This document shows, one piece after another, positions 57,935 to 64,000 of a stretch of DNA of 64,000 nucleotides. Origin of the DNA: a virus. Where the stretch lies: positions 3,436-67,435 of IMG/VR virus record IMGVR_UViG_3300031974_002457. The stretch is one strand, 5' to 3'. Below the pieces are notes generated by a model, which saw nothing but the letters and a program-made list of their open reading frames with translations, ran no database searches and had not been told where the DNA came from. Positions within the stretch are counted from its first letter, which is position 1, and every line of letters starts with the position of its first letter. Made by a program: the position numbers and the translations under genes.

Positions 57935-59480
57935 TTTCTACTCTTATATTATTAATTACACAATCTGCAGAAAATATAGTAGTTGCAACGCTAACTGCAT
58001 TTTTTAGCGCTGTCTTTGTAACTAAGACGGGGTCTACGATACCAGAATCGACCATTTTTACTAGTTTACCGGTTGTTACGTCGTATCCAACACCTATTTC
58101 GCTAGGCGTATCGTAGTTTTCAATACCAGCGTTCTCCATGATGGTTATGAACGGTGCTTTTATAGACTTTGCTAGTATTTCTTCCCCAATACCTTCAAAT
58201 TTTATGCTATTTGCAGCATTTAAAAGCGCAATACCGCCACCTGGGACAATACCTTCTTTCAAAGCTGCTTTAACTGCGTAAATAGCATCCTCAACTCTGT
58301 CTTTTTTCTCTTTTAACTCAACTTGTGAGTTAGCTCCGACTCTAATTATACCAACAGAACCGTTTAACATAGCTAATCTTTGCTCTAATCTACGCTTAAT
58401 ATATTGATTTTTTTCTTTTTTAATGCTTTTTGTAATGTCTTTTATTCTGCCTGACAAATCTTCGCCTAAATCGTATGTTGTAAGCACTGTATTTTTGTCA
58501 TCAGTAACACAAAGTCTAGCTTCACCAAGCACATCTGGCTCAATTAAGTCTAAATCATCGCCTAATTCTTCATTTATTACTTTAGCACCCGTTAAAAACG
58601 CAAGATCATCAACTGTATCTCGCTTAGTTGGGCCAAAACCAGGTGTATTTATGATATTTACCTTGATATTACCCTTAACTTTGTTCATTAATAGCGCTGA
58701 TTTTACTTGTTGTGATACTTCAGCTACTATTAATAATGCTCTATTTTTCTTTATTACGTGTTCTAGCACGTTTTGTATCTTTCTAACGTTAGGTATTTCG
58801 CCAGAAACGATTAAAACATATGGATTATCAAGTTCACATGTGCTTCTTTCATTATCTGTAGCAAAATATGGTGATGTTAAGCCACTTTCAAGCTGTACAC
58901 CTTCAACGATGTCAGTGTAAGTTTCATCAGTTTCGCTCTCTTCCATTAAAACTACACCATCTTTACCTACTTTATTGTAAGCATCAGCAATAATACTGCC
59001 AAGAACTGTATCGTTATTACAAGATATGCTAGATACATATTCGAGATTTTTGCCAGATACTGCTTCTGATTGTTCAGATAAGTAATCCAGTACTTTTTTA
59101 CAACCAGAATTAATGCCTTCTTTAATTTTTCGTACATCTGTATTAGATTCTAGTGTTTTTAAAAGTGATTCAGCAAGTACGATAGCCGTAGTGGTACCGT
59201 CACCTGCCTCTTTCACTGTGTTTTTAGCTGCTTCTTTGATAAGTGTTGCACCTATATTTTCGACCGGATCATATAAGACAACCGATTCTGCTACGGTTAC
59301 ACCGTCTTTTGTTATCACCGGCCTACCCATTGCGTCTTCATATATAACGCACTTTCCTGAAGCACCTAATGTAGACTTAACTGCTTTCGCTAGTTGATCT
59401 ACGCCACTCATTATTTTGTCATTAGCATCAGAACCAAAGTTAAGATGCTTTACCAACTGACTTGGGTTATTATATTCCAT
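57921..59480 (-). CDS. groEL: chaperonin GroEL
   Basis: ITKDGVTVA, AGDGTTT, PGFG, EKKDRVEDA, GIVPGGG, GIVDP. Confidence 0.95.
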   Translation of the reverse strand: MEYNNPSQLVKHLNFGSDANDKIMSGVDQLAKAVKSTLGASGKCVIYEDAMGRPVITKDGVTVAESVVLYDPVENIGATLIKEAAKNTVKEAGDGTTTAIVLAESLLKTLESNTDVRKIKEGINSGCKKVLDYLSEQSEAVSGKNLEYVSSISCNNDTVLGSIIADAYNKVGKDGVVLMEESETDETYTDIVEGVQLESGLTSPYFATDNERSTCELDNPYVLIVSGEIPNVRKIQNVLEHVIKKNRALLIVAEVSQQVKSALLMNKVKGNIKVNIINTPGFGPTKRDTVDDLAFLTGAKVINEELGDDLDLIEPDVLGEARLCVTDDKNTVLTTYDLGEDLSGRIKDITKSIKKEKNQYIKRRLEQRLAMLNGSVGIIRVGANSQVELKEKKDRVEDAIYAVKAALKEGIVPGGGIALLNAANSIKFEGIGEEILAKSIKAPFITIMENAGIENYDTPSEIGVGYDVTTGKLVKMVDSGIVDPVLVTKTALKNAVSVATTIFSADCVINNIRVENASS

Positions 59481-59502
59481 TAAATTAAATTTTAGTTTAT
59501 TG

Positions 59503-59790
59503 TTATTTAAATGTTTTTACAACTTTAGGTCCTTTTGTGAACTCTAGCTTTTTGTTGTAATGCTCGATGCTACCATCAATTGCGGCTTCTGCGCCATCAA
59601 CTGTTTCTCTTCTTGTAACATCCACCCAGTTTTTATCTAAATCTAGGTATTCGGTTTGATAAAAGCCATTTGGTAACTGAACTATTCTCCAGTTTTTCTT
59701 AGTAGCTAAATGTTTCCACCAAGAAATGGTTTCATCGGTTATTTGCGGTTGACTAGACCACGAATTAGTCTTGTAATAAAAATACGTCAT
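59503..59790 (-). CDS. conserved hypothetical protein
   Basis: NWRIVQLPNGFYQTE...DVTRRET; ATG 59790. Confidence 0.6.
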   Translation of the reverse strand: MTYFYYKTNSWSSQPQITDETISWWKHLATKKNWRIVQLPNGFYQTEYLDLDKNWVDVTRRETVDGAEAAIDGSIEHYNKKLEFTKGPKVVKTFK

Positions 59791-59901
59791 TGTTTTTGGT
59801 TTTAGGTTATTTTTTATTTTTCCAATAGTTTTCATACACTATCAAGTGGAACACTATGCTGAGGACAATAATGGTTGGTATTAAAAGTACTGCTGTCTTA
59901 A

Positions 59902-60123
59902 TCATACCTCACCTCTACTATGTGTTGCTCTGTTATAAGCTACACTGGTTCTACGCACAGCACCGCTTGGTGTATGATGCAAGTCGGATCCTGGTTTTTG
60001 ACCTATCCTTTGGTTCTCAGCTTTTCTAGCTCTACGCTTGGGTGTCTTAGCTGCTGCTAGATCCCTTGCTCGTTTTGCTCGTAATGCTGTAGGACTAAGT
60101 CCTTGTGAATTCGCTCTTGCCAT
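59902..60123 (-). CDS. small basic protein, possible HNH-like remnant
   Basis: Arg/Lys-rich; DLHH...NR. Confidence 0.45.
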   Translation of the reverse strand: MARANSQGLSPTALRAKRARDLAAAKTPKRRARKAENQRIGQKPGSDLHHTPSGAVRRTSVAYNRATHSRGEV

Positions 60124-60320
60124 AACAATATAATTACATAGTTAAAATGAAATTTAATAAGAGTGTGACACTTGCCTATTACTAAGGATATATTTAAAGG
60201 CTATTGTCATATAAAAAAGTTGTCAGATATATTGGGGTAAAGTGTTGCTCCCCTCCCCTCCCCACCTTGCCTTCATAGGAAAACGCCTTTCTATAAGCTA
60301 GCCCCACCTGCTTATATTCT

Positions 60321-60353
60321 TATTATCCTAAGTTTTTCGTATTTTCCTTGTAA
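60321..60353 (-). promoter_or_regulatory. 33-bp promoter-like motif, leftward copy
   Basis: Minus strand TTACAAG-N5-TACGA-N8-GGATAATA. Confidence 0.65.
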
Positions 60354-60423
60354 TACATGTTAACTATTATACTCACTTCATTTATTTATTTATTTATATT
60401 TTATAAAAACATTTCACATATTG

Positions 60424-60456
60424 TTACAAACTCACTACAATGTATTATGGATAATA
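60424..60456 (+). promoter_or_regulatory. 33-bp promoter-like motif
   Basis: TTACAAA-N5-TACAA-N8-GGATAATA. Confidence 0.7.
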
Positions 60457-60561
60457 ATAATGTAAGTAAAAAGTAAACAATATGAATTTAAAAATTAGAA
60501 GTTGTGAGAGTGTGCGGAATACTACTAACATTAAAACTACTAATAAACAAATAAACTACTT

Positions 60562-60594
60562 TTACAAATACAATACAAGACAACTTGGATAATA
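60562..60594 (+). promoter_or_regulatory. 33-bp promoter-like motif
   Basis: TTACAAA-N5-TACAA-N8-GGATAATA. Confidence 0.7.
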
Positions 60595-60631
60595 TAAATG
60601 TAACTAATAATAACAATTAAATATAATAACT

Positions 60632-60859
60632 ATGAGTAACTTAATCACTAAAAGATTTGTCGTAAGACAATCACTAATCGGTAAAAATGTAACATTCGAA
60701 TTCACTAACAAAAAAGGTGACAAGATAACTTACAATCACGACAAAGTATTTTCAATAATGAAAGATACACTAACTAACTTGCCATGCTGGCTAAAGTACA
60801 AAAGCTATACTGCTACTAACAATATACCTTTAGTACTAAGAGATAAAGAGTTAGTATAA
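60632..60859 (+). CDS. early hypothetical protein
   Basis: 75-aa ORF with ATAACTATG start context. Confidence 0.7.
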   Translation: MSNLITKRFVVRQSLIGKNVTFEFTNKKGDKITYNHDKVFSIMKDTLTNLPCWLKYKSYTATNNIPLVLRDKELV

Positions 60860-60873
60860 TCTAGCTCTTTCTC
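60840..60873 (+). terminator. hairpin overlapping the stop of the first early gene
   Basis: AAAGAGTTAG-TATAAT-CTAGCTCTTT; weak U tract. Confidence 0.4.
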
Positions 60874-60920
60874 ACTCGGCGTTAAATTGTTCTCTCGAGT
60901 ATAAATACAGTTGAACCATA

Positions 60921-60967
60921 ACTAGTCTTGGAGCAGAGGTGGGTTTCGATTACACACACTAGTACTA
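60921..60967 (+). ncRNA. degenerate tRNA-like minihelix (acceptor stem plus T arm)
   Basis: ACTAGT...ACTAGT-ACTA enclosing TGGGT-TTCGATT-ACACA. Confidence 0.35.
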
Positions 60968-60988
60968 ACAATTAATATATAAATAACT

Positions 60989-61132
60989 ATGAGAAAATTC
61001 ACTCACATCGCACTTGACGTAGTAATCAAACTAGTAATCGGTGCACTTGGAACACTAGCGTTCACTGGAATACTATTTATGATTTACGCTATGATTTTTG
61101 AAGGTGCAACTGCAAACATACTAATAAGATGA
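60989..61132 (+). CDS. small membrane protein, 47 aa
   Basis: MRKFTHIALDVVIKLVIGALGTLAFTGILFMIYAMIF...; ATAACTATG start. Confidence 0.65.
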   Translation: MRKFTHIALDVVIKLVIGALGTLAFTGILFMIYAMIFEGATANILIR

Positions 61133-61221
61133 AAATAAAAGAAATAATTGAAAGTGTGTTGTTTTTAGTATTACTATTCGGCACACTATATGTATCACTA
61201 TGGGTATTTTGCCCATGCTAA
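61129..61221 (+). CDS. small membrane peptide, 30 aa, ending CPC
   Basis: ATGA overlap with the previous gene; MKIKEIIESVLFLVLLFGTLYVSLWVFCPC. Confidence 0.55.
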   Translation: MKIKEIIESVLFLVLLFGTLYVSLWVFCPC

Positions 61222-61232
61222 AATAAATAACT

Positions 61233-61391
61233 ATGATTTTAATTAATAAAGAAAAAAATATATGGGAAACTTACGATGGTAAGTGGACTAACAACGTTAA
61301 AGTAATTGACGAAATGGTTTACGACAATGAAGTCGGTAAGTGGATTCACATTGATGAATATGGTAAAGACATATTTCCAATACAAATATAA
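61233..61391 (+). CDS. small early protein, 52 aa
   Basis: ATAACTATG start; open to TAA 61391. Confidence 0.6.
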   Translation: MILINKEKNIWETYDGKWTNNVKVIDEMVYDNEVGKWIHIDEYGKDIFPIQI

Positions 61392-61412
61392 TACAATAAA
61401 AGTTGGATAATA
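61380..61412 (+). promoter_or_regulatory. 33-bp promoter-like motif
   Basis: ATACAAA-N5-TACAA-N8-GGATAATA. Confidence 0.7.
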
Positions 61413-61417
61413 AATAT

Positions 61418-61603
61418 ATGAATAAGATAAAATTTACAAACTATAATGTATTTGGTCAGCCACAAAACGCTATACTAAGATACAACGACGGCGAAACAGT
61501 CGTACTCGATAAAATAACAACCAGTAGTTACTACGATAGTGTTGACAAATCTTGTCGCTCTTATCCTAAATTCTACAAAATAAATAATATACTATATGCA
61601 TAA
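61418..61603 (+). CDS. early hypothetical protein
   Basis: Track ORF 61403..61603; ATG 61418. Confidence 0.55.
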   Translation: MNKIKFTNYNVFGQPQNAILRYNDGETVVLDKITTSSYYDSVDKSCRSYPKFYKINNILYA

Positions 61604-61841
61604 TAAACCTCTATACTTTGAAGATTTAACACTCGAGCAAATGTTTGAGTGCTTTGACCACACTTATATGATGGCAGACGACAGTAGAAGCTATGAAAAT
61701 GGCAGACGTCAGCGTCAAATTATGAACGCTAAACTTGAAGAACAAGGTGGTTGGACAAGAGAATTGGTAGATTTATATAATAAATATGCACCAAAAGAAG
61801 ATCTCTTTCAACTTGACTATGAATTTTTAAAAAATAAATAA
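61596..61841 (+). CDS. early hypothetical protein
   Basis: 81-aa ORF; DHTYMMADD. Confidence 0.6.
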   Translation: MHNKPLYFEDLTLEQMFECFDHTYMMADDSRSYENGRRQRQIMNAKLEEQGGWTRELVDLYNKYAPKEDLFQLDYEFLKNK

Positions 61842-61843
61842 CT

Positions 61844-62278
61844 ATGACTGGATTAGAATGGAAACAAGAGCAAGAGGCGTTAGAAAACGCTTTTGTGAGA
61901 CAATTGCTCATTAAATATAATATTAAAGAAGTAACTACGCAAAGACAAGCGATCAATGGTACAAGAGAATTTGAATTTCCTGTGCCTGCTAGACAAAGAT
62001 ACTACAATGGTAAGTTACAATATTCAAAAGATAGACTAAGATTAGCTATATATAAAAGCGGTTATGTAAGAAACTGTAACTCAGCTTCATCTAACTATCA
62101 ACTAAACAAACAATATAAGCAAGAACAAAGAAACACATGGCTAATCAATGGTAAACTAGAAACTAGAAGCTATATGGGTTATGCTAGAGCTAAAATATGG
62201 TCAGGTCTTGCTAGATTAAACTATATGTTGGAATACTACTTAAAGAATTACAAACACAATACAAACAAAGTTGGATAA
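61844..62278 (+). CDS. early hypothetical protein
   Basis: 144-aa ORF; ATAACTATG start. Confidence 0.65.
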   Translation: MTGLEWKQEQEALENAFVRQLLIKYNIKEVTTQRQAINGTREFEFPVPARQRYYNGKLQYSKDRLRLAIYKSGYVRNCNSASSNYQLNKQYKQEQRNTWLINGKLETRSYMGYARAKIWSGLARLNYMLEYYLKNYKHNTNKVG

Positions 62279-62280
62279 TA
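62248..62280 (+). promoter_or_regulatory. 33-bp promoter-like motif
   Basis: TTACAAA-N5-TACAA-N8-GGATAATA. Confidence 0.7.
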
Positions 62281-62287
62281 TATTTGT

Positions 62288-62500
62288 ATGACGAAATGTA
62301 AATGTAAAAATATAATACCACCGCAGCGCCTCGCATTAGGTTACACCTCTTGCGTCGACTGTAGCACAGTACAACCTTATGGTTGCATAAGCCTTACGTA
62401 CCATAAAACCGGTAATACTATCCAGATTATGCCGAAAGAACAGGCGAAACGTGTAAGAAAGCTTGGCGCTAGACGTGGTTATGGAACATGTTTAAGATAA
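62288..62500 (+). CDS. DksA/TraR-type C4 zinc-finger protein
   Basis: CKC...IPPQRL....TSCVDC. Confidence 0.6.
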   Translation: MTKCKCKNIIPPQRLALGYTSCVDCSTVQPYGCISLTYHKTGNTIQIMPKEQAKRVRKLGARRGYGTCLR

Positions 62501-62504
62501 TATT

Positions 62505-62723
62505 ATGGCAGCAATAAAACAAATGAACATAGTAGCTGAAGAAATCAGCGAGGATATAATAAAAGAAATATACAAGCAATGTGATTGGCAGGTCGGCAAG
62601 TTCTTATCAGACACTGACGAGGGAAATACAATCAACGAAGCTCATAGTTATCTCATGAGACTTGTCGCTCGCCACATTGCTAATAAACTAGATGTAACTA
62701 CAAACCAATACTACGATGAGTGA
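62505..62723 (+). CDS. early hypothetical protein
   Basis: 72-aa ORF in a contiguous operon. Confidence 0.55.
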   Translation: MAAIKQMNIVAEEISEDIIKEIYKQCDWQVGKFLSDTDEGNTINEAHSYLMRLVARHIANKLDVTTNQYYDE

Positions 62724-62958
62724 TTCAGTAAAAGCATGGCATGAAATGCAAGACGAAGAAAGATTAGAGGCGATAAAAAACTCTGATGCAAGAAAATACT
62801 TGTGGGTACTAGACTTTGAATTAGGTAGAGTATTCATGTATAATATTAGACGAGCAGATCTTCAACATGAAGACTATGAAGACTTAATGATTCTTAAAGG
62901 ACATAAGCCTACTAACTGTGAGTGGATGGTTTGTAAGTCAGATAAAATATATAATTAA
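62716..62958 (+). CDS. early hypothetical protein
   Basis: 80-aa ORF; VLDF..G.V...GH...NCEWM. Confidence 0.6.
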   Translation: MSDSVKAWHEMQDEERLEAIKNSDARKYLWVLDFELGRVFMYNIRRADLQHEDYEDLMILKGHKPTNCEWMVCKSDKIYN

Positions 62959-63003
62959 CTCTCGGGAAACACAGTAGGCCTTGTGATGAAAACAAGAGAG
63001 TAT

Positions 63004-63094
63004 GGGCGTGATATGGTAAGCGAGACAGTATCTTAGCCGATATACGGGCAAGACAGTATCTCAAACGCAGGTTCGACTCCTGCCACGTCCACTA
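63004..63094 (+). ncRNA. tRNA-like RNA with alanine identity, resembling the tRNA-like domain of tmRNA
   Basis: Acceptor GGGCGTG/CACGTCC-A (G3.U70, A73); T arm GCAGG-TTCGACT-CCTGC; no D stem; one long irregular hairpin. Confidence 0.65.
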
Positions 63095-63173
63095 AACCGG
63101 CTTAACAATAAATCGACGCCTTGGCTTCCTTGAGGTATCAGTTGTACAAAGCCAGTCGTAGTGACAGCCGGTT
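63095..63173 (+). ncRNA. candidate structured RNA
   Basis: AACCGGCT/AGCCGGTT closing CGAC/GTCG and TGGCTT/AAGCCA stems. Confidence 0.4.
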
Positions 63174-63204
63174 ACAATATAAATACGACAATAGTCGGAT
63201 AATA
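63172..63204 (+). promoter_or_regulatory. 33-bp promoter-like motif
   Basis: TTACAAT-N5-TACGA-N8-GGATAATA. Confidence 0.65.
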
Positions 63205-63229
63205 CAATAAACAATTAAATATAATAACG

Positions 63230-63475
63230 ATGAGTAAAATGAAATCTATTTATGACTTATTGCAACCTAAAATTAAATCAGAGTTGCAAGCTAGTGCTAA
63301 AAAATATGACAGCGCTAAAAGACTAAAGTATAAGCTCATGAGTTCTACATTATGGCATGACCTATCAGTATCTGATATTAGTTCCCTATTGTCTTACTCA
63401 GGTCTTTATACAAGTGATGTAACTGCCAAAGATGTAATGTATGGCACAGATAAATTCTTAACAGAAAAATACTAA
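63230..63475 (+). CDS. early hypothetical protein
   Basis: 81-aa ORF after the promoter motif. Confidence 0.65.
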   Translation: MSKMKSIYDLLQPKIKSELQASAKKYDSAKRLKYKLMSSTLWHDLSVSDISSLLSYSGLYTSDVTAKDVMYGTDKFLTEKY

Positions 63476-63939
63476 TGGCAGAGTTATTAACAGATGATAT
63501 AATATACGAAGCTATTGAAGCTGACGGTATTATGCGGGAACCAGATGCCACCTGGCTGGTCGAGTATATCGAATCAGAATATGGCGGAAACCTAGACAAT
63601 GATAGTTCATGGTCTAATAGTAAGCACGGTTTAAAAATATATAGCGAATCAACAGCTGATGGCTATGATATGTACTGGTGTACTTATGATGAGAAACCTT
63701 ATGTATCTCAAGATGGTTATCAGTATGAAGATCACCCGGCTTGGTCAGAACAAGCTATTGAAGGCTTAACTGATGGTTGTAATGTGTGGATAGAACCACA
63801 TATATGGGATGATATGGAGTGGGAGTTTAATCACGCACTAGAGCAATGGTGGTCTGATGTATATGACGATAAGTTCAACGATAAAAAAGATGAGTTATTA
63901 GACTCAGGTGATTATTATGAAGACATTAATGAAAAATAA
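63475..63939 (+). CDS. highly acidic hypothetical protein
   Basis: 154 aa; Asp/Glu/Trp/Tyr-rich. Confidence 0.65.
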   Translation: MAELLTDDIIYEAIEADGIMREPDATWLVEYIESEYGGNLDNDSSWSNSKHGLKIYSESTADGYDMYWCTYDEKPYVSQDGYQYEDHPAWSEQAIEGLTDGCNVWIEPHIWDDMEWEFNHALEQWWSDVYDDKFNDKKDELLDSGDYYEDINEK

Positions 63940-64000
63940 ACAAGAGAAACCTAAATGGTTTAAAGGCGCTTGGTATAAAACAGGTGATATTGTAGAAAAT
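63929..64000 (+). CDS. hypothetical protein (3' truncated)
   Basis: ATG 63929, MKNKQEKPKWFKGAWY..., open to the window edge. Confidence 0.5.
   Translation, partial: MKNKQEKPKWFKGAWYKTGDIVEN

Noticed and set aside
19026-59397. Numerous + strand ORFs opposite structural genes and groEL
   Set aside because: Antisense shadows of well-supported minus-strand genes, with no recognisable motifs
60482-60592. 36-codon ORF between two promoter motifs
   Set aside because: Low-complexity A-rich sequence overlapping the promoter; no independent support
63004-63094. Canonical tRNA (anticodon TAT) or complete tmRNA
   Set aside because: No D stem, no U33 and a poor anticodon stem; too short to contain a tag reading frame
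1-64000. Alternative genetic code, prophage or integrase, introns or inteins
   Set aside because: Genes are intact and densely packed under the standard code; no integrase, host genes or interrupted conserved genes were seen

Overview
AT-rich (roughly 30% GC by eye) window covering most of a lytic, podovirus-like dsDNA phage genome. A Bacteroidota (Flavobacteriia) host is inferred from A-rich starts without Shine-Dalgarno sites. The gene set (GroEL/GroES, RNR, portal-scaffold-MCP order) recalls Cellulophaga phi38:1-like marine phages; this is inference, not a search result. There are three blocks. (1) + strand 1-12709: replication and nucleotide metabolism (exonuclease, SSB, primase-helicase, dCMP-hydroxymethylase-like enzyme, MazG-like proteins, resolvase, NrdB/NrdA), then a Kdo/glycosyltransferase cluster. 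(2) - strand 12698-60123: chaperonins, holin, fibres, terminase, portal, capsid, tail, ejection proteins, an envelope/lysis module and small basic virion-like proteins. (3) + strand from 60632: small early genes with a six-copy 33-bp promoter-like motif and tRNA-like RNAs. The most notable candidates are: two very Thr-rich repeat fibre proteins flanked by a KpsC/KpsS-like transferase and a methyltransferase, in a phage that can make CMP-Kdo (possible virion glycosylation system); a family of proteins sharing an SPxK motif, including a pre-toxin-TG polymorphic-toxin-like cargo and a HEXXH protease; an 88-nt alanine-identity RNA resembling the tRNA-like domain of tmRNA; a 13-aa five-Cys peptide behind a thioredoxin fold that lacks CXXC; and a lipoprotein-like ORF nested inside terL. 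All functional calls come from motif recognition by eye; no database searches were run.
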